Positions 47,220-57,267 of a stretch of DNA of 64,000 nt are shown one piece after another (the stretch's first letter is position 1; every line of letters begins with the position of its first letter). This DNA is from Spirochaetia bacterium (GTDB lineage Bacteria; Spirochaetota; Spirochaetia; SZUA-6; Bin103), in assembly GCA_965198005.1 (NCBI GenBank), contig CBDAOI010000004.1, positions 64,001 to 128,000 of the forward strand. Direction: 5' to 3'. The position numbers were made by a program, and so were the translations under genes. The notes below the pieces were generated by a model. The model did not search any database. It saw only the letters and a list, made by a program, of their open reading frames with translations, and was not told where the DNA came from.

Positions 47220-48042
47220 GACGAGCCTGTCGTATGATTCGGCTCACACGAATCACACGAAAAAGGCAGTCGACGTGCTTGCTGCAATGTGCTACGGTCG
47301 TGTTGCTCGGTTCGGGAGAGGCGTACATGCGACGGGATGACATCATCAGGCCCCGTATTCGGACGTTAGCGCCAGCGGTGCGTTCTGCCCTCCCCCTGTA
47401 CCCCCCCAACATTTTCGAACCGAGAAGCGAGAAACAACTAACCGCTCGGGCTGATCGCCCCGGACGCGGCCCCGCGCACGCCGTCGCCTTCACCACCGCC
47501 GTAGCTATCCGTGGCGCCGGCTCGGTCCATCGCCGAACCGGCATGCGGACCGCCCGCGCCCTTCCCGTCGACCGCAACCGTCCCGGATCCCCGCCCGCGA
47601 CTGACTGCCGGCAAAACTCACCCCCGGCGTTGCGGCCCATTCAGACTCGCTGCTTCGCCGACCACCGCCGCGCGTGGCGCACCGCACCCCATCTTACGTC
47701 TCGAAGTCTGTCGGATTGCGACAGACTTCGAGGCGAGTGGACGGGATGGGCCAAAAGCGGCGCTGACAGGCGGCGGTTTTGGGGCGCTATTGCCGGCCCG
47801 AGACAGGCAGCTTCCGTCTGGCATCTGGCAGGGCACCCTGTGCCCCAAGAGAGGAGGTGCAAAATGATACTCAAAGAACCGCACGCGCGCGCGGCGTGAG
47901 CCCGGGTGACCCCGGCTGAGTCACACGCCGCGCGCTCTTGGAATCTGACTCTGACTGGCCGTCCGCGTTGCGGGCCCGAGAGTAGCCAGGGAGCGGCAAT
48001 CCGCTCCGCAATACTCTCGAAATAACATTCAAGGAAGAAACG

Positions 48043-49845
48043 ATGAAGATATTTTTTGCATGGACCTTCGCGGTTGCGTTGGTCCTCGTCCTGACCGCAA
48101 CCGGCCTGTGGGCCGCTGGCGCAGAGGAAGAGGCACCGGCAGCCGCTGCCGACAAGCAGTATGTGACCGACCCCACCACCGGCAAGGTGGTGGTGGCGCC
48201 ACAGTACGGCGGGATATTAACCGCCGGTCATACTCAGGGCGGTAGTACTGGGGCTCCTAATGACCCCTATTTCGGCAATCCGTGGGGCCCAGGGGCGGTC
48301 GTCAATGAGAGGCTTGGTATCGGGAACTGGGGAATAGATAGAGACGTATTTGACTTTAGTAGTAGTTATCTACCTGTATCTATCTTAACAGGGCGGCTGG
48401 CGGAAAGCTGGGATATTTCCCCGGACGGCCTCACCTATACCTTCAACATCCGCCAGGGCGTTCGGTGGCATAACAAGGCGCCGATGAATGGTCGGGAGCT
48501 GACTGCCGATGATGTCGAATGGAACTTTCACCGTTATCTGGGTCTGGGCGACTTCACCGAAGCCGGACCTAGCACCTGGGGTGGCGCTGCCAACTTCATC
48601 TCCATACCATTCGAATCGGTAACGGCCACCGACAAATGGACGGTTGTGACGAAGCTGAAGGAGCCACACCTCGCTGCGCTGGAGATTATCCTCAACGACT
48701 CTGCTGTTGCCATATTGCCCCCCGAGGTAATCGAGCAACATGGCGAGTATCAGGATTGGAGGATCCTGGTCGGCACCGGACCCTTTATGGTGACTGATGT
48801 AGTCGACGAGAGCAGCATCACCTGGACCAAGAATCCTGACTACTGGGGCTATGACGAAAAGTACCCGCAGAACCGCTTGCCCTACGTTGACCAGTTAAGG
48901 CGACTGGTTATTCCAGAGGAAGGAACAATGATGGCGGCACTACGCTCAGGCAAGCTTGATTTCAGAATGTATGCCCCTTCAGATATCGACTCGATAGAGA
49001 GCCTGCAGCGGACCAACCCCGAAATCGCGGCGCACCCGATCTATTTTCGGTCGAGTGATTCTTTTGCTCCTAACCATCGCGTGCCGCCCTTTGACGACAT
49101 CAACGTGCGCCGCGCCCTGCAGATGGCGCTGGACAACGAGACCGTTGCGGTTACGTACTGGAAGGGTTGGGCAGATCCGACACCTCACGGGCTGGTAAGG
49201 TTGAAAGGGTATTACATCCCCTTCGAGGAATGGGACGAAGAGGTCAAGCAATACTACCGGTATGACCCGGAAGCTGCCGAGAAGCTCCTTGATGAGGCTG
49301 GGTATCCGCGCGGCGCGGACGGCATTAGATTCAAGACCGCCCTGAATTACGGGACTTTTGCAAGCTTAGACTTTGCAGAAATAGCTGCCTCCTACTGGGC
49401 TGAGATTGGCGTCGATGTTGAGATTGATGTATTTACCAGCGCCGAACATTGGGAGAGGGTACTCTCGCGTACTTATGAAGGCATGCACAGTACCATTGCG
49501 GGCGCCGGTTATGCCCCTCTCCTGATGGCAAGCTGGTATCACTCGGATGGGGGGGCTCACAACCGCGGCGGATCCCAGTGGCCTGAGATGGACGCCATGA
49601 TTGACGCCGTCCGAGCCGCTACTACCAATGAGGAGCTTCAGAGGCTGATGAAAGAGCTGGATATGTACGCAATAGAGAACCACTGGCTGATATGGACTCC
49701 TAAAACTCCATTTTTTCATTATGCCCAGCCGTGGGTCATAGGCTATAGCGGTGAATTTCCAAATGCTTTGGGCCAGTCAGAAACCTATACCGTCTTTGCC
49801 CGCCTCTGGATTGATAGTGAGCTGAAGGAGGCAATGGGTTATTAG
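48043..49845 (+). CDS. Peptide/nickel ABC transporter solute-binding protein (family 5), copy 1
   Basis: Signal peptide, LAESWDIS.DG.TYTF.IRQGV.W, GTGPF, NPDYW, VRRAL..ALD, YDPEAAEKLL.EAG. Confidence 0.92.
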   Translation: MKIFFAWTFAVALVLVLTATGLWAAGAEEEAPAAAADKQYVTDPTTGKVVVAPQYGGILTAGHTQGGSTGAPNDPYFGNPWGPGAVVNERLGIGNWGIDRDVFDFSSSYLPVSILTGRLAESWDISPDGLTYTFNIRQGVRWHNKAPMNGRELTADDVEWNFHRYLGLGDFTEAGPSTWGGAANFISIPFESVTATDKWTVVTKLKEPHLAALEIILNDSAVAILPPEVIEQHGEYQDWRILVGTGPFMVTDVVDESSITWTKNPDYWGYDEKYPQNRLPYVDQLRRLVIPEEGTMMAALRSGKLDFRMYAPSDIDSIESLQRTNPEIAAHPIYFRSSDSFAPNHRVPPFDDINVRRALQMALDNETVAVTYWKGWADPTPHGLVRLKGYYIPFEEWDEEVKQYYRYDPEAAEKLLDEAGYPRGADGIRFKTALNYGTFASLDFAEIAASYWAEIGVDVEIDVFTSAEHWERVLSRTYEGMHSTIAGAGYAPLLMASWYHSDGGAHNRGGSQWPEMDAMIDAVRAATTNEELQRLMKELDMYAIENHWLIWTPKTPFFHYAQPWVIGYSGEFPNALGQSETYTVFARLWIDSELKEAMGY

Positions 49846-49854
49846 AGAAAGAAA

Positions 49855-49898
49855 GGGAGCTGGGAGGCTGTCGCCTGCAGGCGCGCTTCCCAGCTCCC
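49855..49898 (+). terminator. Strong stem-loop between SBP and permease (also 57194-57237); mRNA-stabilising or partial terminator
   Basis: gggagctggga...tcccagctccc inverted repeat; no poly-U tail on the plus strand. Confidence 0.6.
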
Positions 49899-49928
49899 AA
49901 CGAGATTGCCACGCCCCCATGATGTGAC

Positions 49929-50936
49929 ATGAGAGCCTATCTCATCAGGAGATTGTTGCTCATAATCCCCACCTTGTTTATCTTGAGCATCCTGGTCTTT
50001 CTCTCGGTCCGCTTCATCCCCGGCGATGTAATAGACACAATGGCGGCGAGGATGGCAGAGACGGGGGCGCTGGCATTCAATATTGACCGTGAAGCTCTCG
50101 AGCATATGCTGGGATTGGACGTGCCTGTCTACGTGCAGTATGGACGCTGGACAGGGGTGTTGCCAACCCCTGACTTTGTTACCAAGCAGTCTCACTTCAA
50201 CGGTCTCCTCCAGGGCAGCCTTGGTGAATCACTGATGAGCTCTTTTACGGTAGAGGAGAAGATAAGAGGTAGATTGCCAGTAACCATTCAGCTTGGTGTC
50301 ATGGCAATCGTGATTGGGCTCCTGATAGCGCTGCCGGTCGGCATCTACTCGGCGATTCGCCAGGATACCGCCGCCGACTACCTGGGGCGCTCGATCGCCA
50401 TCCTCGGCCTGGCAACTCCCAACTTCTGGCTGGGACTTATGGTCGTGCTCTACCCCGCCATCTGGTGGGGCTGGTCGCCGCCGATGGAGCTGATTCCCTT
50501 TGCCGAAGACCCGCTGGGGAATCTCGGGATGTTCCTCATTCCCAGCTTGATTCTGGGGACGGCCTCGGCTGCCGCCGCCATGCGGATGACGCGCACCATG
50601 ATGCTGGAGGTGCTCAGGCAGGACTATATCAGGACCGCCTGGGCCAAGGGTCTCAGGGAGCGGGTGGTCGTCATGCGGCATGCCATCAAGAATGCACTCA
50701 TCCCGGTAGTTACCCTGATAGGCCTGCAGTTGCCGATCCTGATAGGTGGCTCGGTCATCATGGAGAACATATTCAACCTGCCGGGGTTGGGTCGTCTCAT
50801 GGTGGTTGCGCTGAAAGATCGAGACTACCCGGTGGTCTCCGGGGTCAATCTGTTTTTCGCCACCGCGGTGGTGCTGTTCAATCTCCTGATAGACCTGCTC
50901 TATTCCTTTCTGGACCCGAGGGTGCGGCATGACTGA
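49929..50936 (+). CDS. ABC permease, DppB/OppB family, copy 1
   Basis: YLIRRLL, PGD, DYIRTAWAKGL, HAIKNAL, RDYPVV, LDPRVR. Confidence 0.92.
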   Translation: MRAYLIRRLLLIIPTLFILSILVFLSVRFIPGDVIDTMAARMAETGALAFNIDREALEHMLGLDVPVYVQYGRWTGVLPTPDFVTKQSHFNGLLQGSLGESLMSSFTVEEKIRGRLPVTIQLGVMAIVIGLLIALPVGIYSAIRQDTAADYLGRSIAILGLATPNFWLGLMVVLYPAIWWGWSPPMELIPFAEDPLGNLGMFLIPSLILGTASAAAAMRMTRTMMLEVLRQDYIRTAWAKGLRERVVVMRHAIKNALIPVVTLIGLQLPILIGGSVIMENIFNLPGLGRLMVVALKDRDYPVVSGVNLFFATAVVLFNLLIDLLYSFLDPRVRHD

Positions 50937-51825
50937 CGCGCGCGGGCCGTTTGCCGATTTCTTCGGCAGGTTGTGGCGGCAGAAGCCGCTGGGGATCGCC
51001 AGCGGGGTCGTCATCCTGATCCTGATTCTGTTGGCGATCTTTGCCGATGCTCTGGCCCCCTATCCTTTCGATAAACTGAACCTGGCAGACCGGCTGCAGG
51101 GCCCGTCGGCCCGCCATCTGCTGGGGACTGACCAGTTGGGCCGCGACCTGTTGAGCCGTCTGCTGTTCGGGGCGCGCATCTCGCTGGTCGTCGGTCTGGC
51201 GGCGACCACGTTGAACGTGGTGGTCGCCACCCTGATCGGCGGCACGTCCGGATTCATTGGGGGCAAGCTGGACCTGGCGGTGCAGCGCTTTGTCGATGCC
51301 TGGATGGCGTTCCCGGGACTGCTGCTGTTGCTCACGATCATGTCGGTCGCGGGGCAGGGTCTGCCACAGATCATCGTGGTGCTGGGGATCGCCGGCGGGG
51401 TGGGCGGCTCGCGCGTGGTCAGAGGCGCGGTGGTGGCCACCAAGGGGAACGATTTCTTTCTGGCTGCCCGGGCGGTGGGCGCGCCGACGCGCCAAGTCCT
51501 GGTGCGCCATGTCCTGCCCAACATCGTGGCGCCGCTGATCATCGTCTTCAGCATCAACGTCGGCGGTGTCATCCTGGCCGAGGCCAGCTTGAGCTTTCTC
51601 GGCTTCGGGTTACCCATCAAGGTCCCCAGTTGGGGCGGCATGCTGAGCCGGGAAGGGCGGCGGTTCATGGAGCAGGCGCCGTGGCTGGCGCTGTGGCCCG
51701 GGCTGTGCCTGACGATCGTGGTGTACAGTTTCAACATGTTGGGTGATGCCATGCGGGACTTGCTCGACCCTAGGCTCAGGGGTGGTGGCGGTCGTCTGGC
51801 TGCCGGCGGCGCCGCGTCGGTCTAA
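50929..51825 (+). CDS. ABC permease, DppC/OppC family, copy 1
   Basis: HLLGTDQLGRD, AARAVGA, HVLPN, EASLSFLG, PSWG.ML. Confidence 0.92.
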   Translation: MTDARGPFADFFGRLWRQKPLGIASGVVILILILLAIFADALAPYPFDKLNLADRLQGPSARHLLGTDQLGRDLLSRLLFGARISLVVGLAATTLNVVVATLIGGTSGFIGGKLDLAVQRFVDAWMAFPGLLLLLTIMSVAGQGLPQIIVVLGIAGGVGGSRVVRGAVVATKGNDFFLAARAVGAPTRQVLVRHVLPNIVAPLIIVFSINVGGVILAEASLSFLGFGLPIKVPSWGGMLSREGRRFMEQAPWLALWPGLCLTIVVYSFNMLGDAMRDLLDPRLRGGGGRLAAGGAASV

Positions 51826-51841
51826 GTGTGGCGCAGGTTCG

Positions 51842-51976
51842 GAGCCGCGTCGCCCCGCGGTCCGCCCAGTGCGCGACGTGATGCGCGGCGCAGTGGCGGA
51901 GCTGACAGCCGGGGAACTGACACTGATGGTGGTCTCTGACCTCCAGCGCGCGGCGCAACGGGGTCGGCACCGTGCG
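51842..51976 (-). pseudogene. Fragment of the DUF222/HNH gene (near-identical to about 12938-13072)
   Basis: RTVPTPLRRALEVRDHHQCQFPGCQLRHCAAHHVAHWADRGATRL; about 3 mismatches in about 135 nt by eye. Confidence 0.85.
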
Positions 51977-51987
51977 ACAATGAGCGG

Positions 51988-52746
51988 CTACAGGCTCAGG
52001 CCGCCGTCGACCATGAACACGCCGCCGGTGCAGTGGGCGGCTTCGTCGCTGCACAGGAACAGCATCATGCGCGCCACCTCTTCCGGTTCGCCGTAGCGCC
52101 CGTCCAGGGAGCGCCGTTCCAACTGGTGCTTGATCTCCTCGCCCCGGCCCGGTATCCGCATGTCCTCGATCGAGCGCATCATGCGGGTCTCGGTGGGGCC
52201 GGGATTGACCGTGTTCACGCGGATGCCGTGCGGTCCGCCTTCCATGGCCGCGCAGCGCATCAGGCCGATCACTGCGTGCTTGCTGGTGTGGTAGGCGGAC
52301 ATGCCGGTGGTGCCCATCACCCCGGCGGTCGAGGAGGTGATGACGATGCTGCCGCCGCGTTCGCGCATCGCCCGCATCACGTACTTGAGACCCAGCCACA
52401 CGCCGCGCACGTTGACCGCCATCACGCGGTCGAAGGTGTCCAGGTCGTACTCGGTGATCGGCGCCACGTCGCCTTCGATGCCGGCGTTGTTGAGAAACAG
52501 GTCCACCGTGCCGTAGCGCTCGACTGCGGTGGCCACGTACGCCTCCGTCTGCGCCGGGTCGGTGACGTCGGCCACCGCGTAGCTGGCGGCGGCGCCGATC
52601 GAGGAAGCGACCTGCTGCAGGGCGGTCTGGTCCAGATCGACCAGCAGCACGCGCGCGCCTTCCGCCGCGAACAGCGCCCCGGCCGCGCGGCCGATGCCGC
52701 CGGTGCCCCCGGTTATGATCGCCACCTTGCCTTCAAGTCGTGCCAT
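51988..52746 (-). CDS. Short-chain dehydrogenase/reductase SDR-B (intact copy)
   Basis: TGGTGGIG, NNAGIEG, YHTSK. Confidence 0.9.
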   Translation of the reverse strand: MARLEGKVAIITGGTGGIGRAAGALFAAEGARVLLVDLDQTALQQVASSIGAAASYAVADVTDPAQTEAYVATAVERYGTVDLFLNNAGIEGDVAPITEYDLDTFDRVMAVNVRGVWLGLKYVMRAMRERGGSIVITSSTAGVMGTTGMSAYHTSKHAVIGLMRCAAMEGGPHGIRVNTVNPGPTETRMMRSIEDMRIPGRGEEIKHQLERRSLDGRYGEPEEVARMMLFLCSDEAAHCTGGVFMVDGGLSL

Positions 52747-52771
52747 TCCGTGTGCCTCCAATGCTCCGAGA

Positions 52772-53626
52772 CTAGTCGGCCCCGGTGATGAACGCGTGGC
52801 GTCCTTCGCCGCGCTCGCGGAGCTGCGCCCGGCTACCGCGGGCCGCCGTCAGGCCGCCGTCGACCATCAGGTTGACCCCGGTCACGTGCACGCTCTCGTC
52901 GCTGGCCAGGTACACCGCAGCGTGGGCGATGTCGTCGGCCGCTCCGGCGCGCCCCTGTGGCATGCTGTCCTCGAACCATCGGGTGAGGCGCGCCGCGCGC
53001 GCGGCGTTCTCCTGCGCCGTGTGACCGGTCTGGCCGCCCCAGAAGATCGGGGTGATGATGGCGCCCGGCGAGATGCAGTTCACCCGCACGCGGTGCTCCG
53101 CCAGCTCGGTCGCCCATACCTTGGTGACGTGAATCACACCCGCCTTGCACGCCGAGTACTCGGCGCTGGAGCCGTCGGTGGTCACGCCCGCGGTGCTGCC
53201 GTTGTTGATGATGCTGCCGCTGCGCTGCCGTTTCATGATCGGCGCCGCGTACTTGACGCCGAGGAAGCAGGAGCCGAGCAGCACCATCACGTCGCGCTGG
53301 AACCGTTCGAGGTCGAACTCGTCCACCTCGCAGTAGGAGTGGCCGCTGCCGGCGTTGTTGAACAGCGCGTCCAGCCGCCCCCAGCGTTCGACCGTGGCCG
53401 CCACCATCGCCTGCACGTCGGCCTCGACGGTCACGTCGGTGCGGATGAACTGGGCGTTGTCGCCGAGCCGCTCCGCCAGCGCCCGGCCCGCGTCCTCGCC
53501 GCGCGCGGCGATGGTCACCCGCGCCCCCTCGGCCACGTACCGTTCGACCGTCGCGGCTCCCATGCCGCTGTTGCCGCCAGTAACGATGGCCACCTTGCCG
53601 GCCAGCCGGCCTGTCGTAGTTGCCAT
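52772..53626 (-). CDS. SDR-A, copy 2
   Basis: TGGNSGMG, NNAG, YSACK. Confidence 0.9.
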   Translation of the reverse strand: MATTTGRLAGKVAIVTGGNSGMGAATVERYVAEGARVTIAARGEDAGRALAERLGDNAQFIRTDVTVEADVQAMVAATVERWGRLDALFNNAGSGHSYCEVDEFDLERFQRDVMVLLGSCFLGVKYAAPIMKRQRSGSIINNGSTAGVTTDGSSAEYSACKAGVIHVTKVWATELAEHRVRVNCISPGAIITPIFWGGQTGHTAQENAARAARLTRWFEDSMPQGRAGAADDIAHAAVYLASDESVHVTGVNLMVDGGLTAARGSRAQLRERGEGRHAFITGAD

Positions 53627-53836
53627 TTCGGCCAGTGTAACCCGAGGCGCGCCGCCGCGCCAGACCCGCCGCGCTCGAGCCGGTCCGTCGGGACGCCGCC
53701 GCCCTTGCTCCCAATTCGACGTGCTCGAATCGCCGGCCGCGCTACTACGCGGATCAGATTGGCGCGGGCGGCCGGCGGGTCGCCGTGCGCGTGTGCTCTG
53801 AGCTGTGGTATGCTATGGTGGAATGGAGGATAGCCC

Positions 53837-54736
53837 ATGGCCAGCCCGATGCTCGCACCCGCCAAGGTTCACTACCCCTCATCCGACGGCCGGCCGATGG
53901 CGGAAAGCGACTTCCAACGCACCCCGCTGACCTACGCCGTCGACCGGCTGCGGTTCCACTTTCGCGACCGCCGGGACGTGTACGTCTCGGGCAACCTGCT
54001 GCTCTACTACCAGGAGGGGAATCCGCGGGCGGTGGTGGCGCCCGACGTGTTCGTGGTGCTGGGCGTATCCAACGCCGACCGCTCCAGCTACCGGCTGTGG
54101 AAGGAGCGCAAGGTGCCTGACTTCGTGCTGGAGATTACCTCGCGCTCGACGTACCGCGAGGACCAGGGGAGCAAGCGCGAGGTGTACCGTGCGCTGGGGG
54201 TGCGGGAGTACTGGCAGTACGACCCGACCGGCGACTACCTGGAGCCGCCGCTGCAGGGCCTGGAGTTGAGCGCGGGGGAGTATCGGCGGCTGCCGGGGCG
54301 GGAGTTGGCGGACGGAGCGCTGGCGCTGGCAAGCGGCGTGCTGGGGCTGGAGTTGCGGCTGACGGCGCGCGGGCTGCGGTTCCACGATCCGGCGACCGGG
54401 CAGGACCTGCCGAACCTTGCGGAAACCGACGAGGCGCGGCAGCGCGAGCGGCAGGCGCGGCAGCGCGAGCAGCAGGCGCGGCAGCGCGAGCAGCAGGCGC
54501 GGCAAGCGGCGGAGACGCGCCTCGCGCAGGAAACGGCAGCCCGCCAGCAGGAAGTGGCAGCCCGCCAGCAGGAAGTGGCGGCCCGCCAGCAGGAAGTGGC
54601 GGCCCGCCAGCAGGAAGTGGCAGCCCGCGCAGCCGCGGAAGCGCGGGTGGCCGAGCTGGAGGCCTTGTTGCGCCGGGAGCGGGGCCGCGAGTCCGGTCAG
54701 GACGGCAATCCACCGGCGCCTCGTCAGGGTCGGTAG
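53837..54736 (+). CDS. Uma2 family endonuclease, copy 3 (299 aa)
   Basis: As copy 1. Confidence 0.88.
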   Translation: MASPMLAPAKVHYPSSDGRPMAESDFQRTPLTYAVDRLRFHFRDRRDVYVSGNLLLYYQEGNPRAVVAPDVFVVLGVSNADRSSYRLWKERKVPDFVLEITSRSTYREDQGSKREVYRALGVREYWQYDPTGDYLEPPLQGLELSAGEYRRLPGRELADGALALASGVLGLELRLTARGLRFHDPATGQDLPNLAETDEARQRERQARQREQQARQREQQARQAAETRLAQETAARQQEVAARQQEVAARQQEVAARQQEVAARAAAEARVAELEALLRRERGRESGQDGNPPAPRQGR

Positions 54737-55376
54737 GGCACGTCCCCGCAAGTCCGCAAGTCCGCAAGTCCTCGCCTCGTTGACCCTCGTCCCGACGTTC
54801 GCTACACTGACGAGCCTGTCGTATGATTCGGCTCACACGAATCACACGAAAAAGGCAGTCGACGTGCTTGCTGCAATGTGCTACGGTCGTGTTGCTCGGT
54901 TCGGGAGAGGCGTACATGCGACGGGATGACATCATCAGGCCCCGTATTCGGACGTTAGCGCCAGCGGTGCGTTCTGCCCCCCCCCCCCCCCCCCAACATT
55001 TCGAACCGAGAACCGAGAAACAACTAACCGCTCGGGCTGATCGCCCCGGACGCGACCCCGCGCACGCGAGTGGACGGGATGGGCCAAAAGCGGCGCTGAC
55101 AGGCGGCGGTTTTGGGGGGCTATTGCCGGCCCGAGACAGGCAGCTTCCGTCTGGCATCTGGCAGGGCACCCTGTGCCCCAAGAGAGGAGGTGCAAAATGA
55201 TACTCAAAGAACCGCACGCGCGCGCGGCGTGAGCCCGGGGTGGACCCGGATGAGTCACACGCCGCGCGCTCTTGGAATCTGACTCTGACTGGCCGTCCGC
55301 GTTGCGGGCGCGAGAGTAGCCAGGGAGCGGCAATCCGCTCCGCAATACTCTCGAAATAACATTCAAGGAAGAAACG

Positions 55377-57184
55377 ATGAAGATATTTTTTGCATGGACC
55401 TTCGCGGTTGCGTTGGTCCTCGTCCTGACCGCAACCGGCCTCTGGGCTGCTGGCGCAGAGGAAGAGGCACCGGCAGCCGCTGCCGACAAGCAGTATGTGA
55501 CCGACCCCACCACCGGCAAGGTGGTGGTGGCGCCCCAGTATGGCGGGATATTAACCGCCGGTCATACTCAGGCCGGTAGTACTGGGGCTCCTAATGACCC
55601 CTATTTCGGCAATCCGTGGGGCCCAGGGGCGGCCGTCACTGAGAGGCTTGGTATCGGGAACTGGGGAATAGATAGAGACGTATTTGACTTCAAAGCGGTC
55701 TACCTCCCTCTGTCTACCCTAACGGGGAGGCTGGCTGAAAGCTGGGATATTTCCCCGGACGGCCTCACCTATACCTTCCACATCCGCCAGGGCGTTAACT
55801 GGCAGAACAAGGCACCGATGAATGGGAGAGAATTCACTGCGGACGATGTCGTATTCAACTTTCACCGTATGTTGGGTTTGGGCGACTTCACCGAAACCGG
55901 AGCGCGCAACCCTTCTATTGGCTCTGCGGGCGCCGCGGCACTTATCTCCATACCATTCGAATCGATAACGGCCACCGACAAATGGACGGTTGTGATGAAA
56001 CTGAAGGAGCCATTCCTCACTGCGCTGGAGGTTATCCTCAACGACCCTTATGTTGCCATATTGCCCCCCGAGGTAATCGAGCAATACGGCGACATGCAGG
56101 ATTGGAGGAACGTGGTCGGCACGGGACCCTTTACGGTGACTGATGTCGTCGAGGAGAGCAGCATCACCTGGACCAAGAATCCTGACTACTGGGGCTATGA
56201 CGAAAAGTACCCGCAGAACCGCTTGCCCTACGTTGACCAGTTACGGCGACTGGTTATTCCAGAGGAAGGAACAATGATGGCGGCACTACGCTCAGGCAAG
56301 CTTGATTTCAGAATGTTTGCCCCATCAGACATCGACTCGATAGAGAGCCTGCAGCGGACCAACCCCGAAATCGGGGTGCACCCGATCTATTTTCGGTCGA
56401 GTGATTCTCTTGCTCCTAACCATCGCGTGCCTCCCTTGACGACATCAACGTGCGCCGCGCCCTGCAGCTGGCGCTGGACAACGAGACCGTTGCGGGTACG
56501 TACTGGAAGGGTTGGGCAGATCCGACACCTCACGGGCTGGTAGGGTTGCCAGGGTATTACATCCCCTTCGAGAAATGGGACGAAGAGGTCAAGCAATACT
56601 ACCGGTATGACCCGGAAGCTGCCGAGAAGCTCCTTGATGAGGCTGGGTATCCGCGCGGCGCCGACGGCACTAGATTCAAGGCCGCCGTGAATGTCGGGGG
56701 TTTTGCAAGCTTGGATTATGCAGAAATAGCTGCCGCCTACTGGGCTGAGATTGGCGTTGATGTTGAGGTTGAACAGAGCCCCGAATATCGCGAGAGGGTA
56801 CTCTCGCGTACCTGGGAAGGCATGCACAGTGCCGTTGCGGGCGCCGCTTATGCCCCTCTCCTGATGGCAAGCTGGTATCACTCGGATGTGGGGTATTCGA
56901 ACAAGGGCGGATCCCAGTGGCCTGAGATGGACGCCATGATTGACGCCGTCCGAGCCGCTACTACCAACGAGGAGCAGCAGAGGCTGATGAAAGAGCTGGA
57001 TATGTACGCGATAGAGAACCACTGGCTGATATATGCTCCCAAAACTGCGTTTATTCATCTTGCCCAGCCGTGGGTCATAGGCTATAGCGGTGAATTTCCG
57101 AATGCTTTGGGCCAGTCAGAGACTTATACCGTCTTTGCCCGCCTCTGGATTGATAGTGAGCTGAAGGAGGCAATGGGTTATTAG
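55377..57184 (+). pseudogene. Family-5 solute-binding protein, copy 2, split by a 1-nt deletion near 56436 (real or sequencing error)
   Basis: ccc tt gac versus ccc ttt gac in copy 1. ORFs 55377-56543 and 56450-57184 together give the full protein. Confidence 0.8.
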
Positions 57185-57267
57185 AGAAAGAAAGGGAGCT
57201 GGGAGGCTGTCGCCTGCAGGCGCGCTTCCCAGCTCCCAACGAGATTGCCACGCCCCCATGATGTGAC

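Noticed and set aside
47218-47275. Hammerhead ribozyme (CTGACGA followed by a stem)
   Set aside because: The required GAAA does not follow the closing of the stem (aggc is followed by agtc); kept only as a hairpin.
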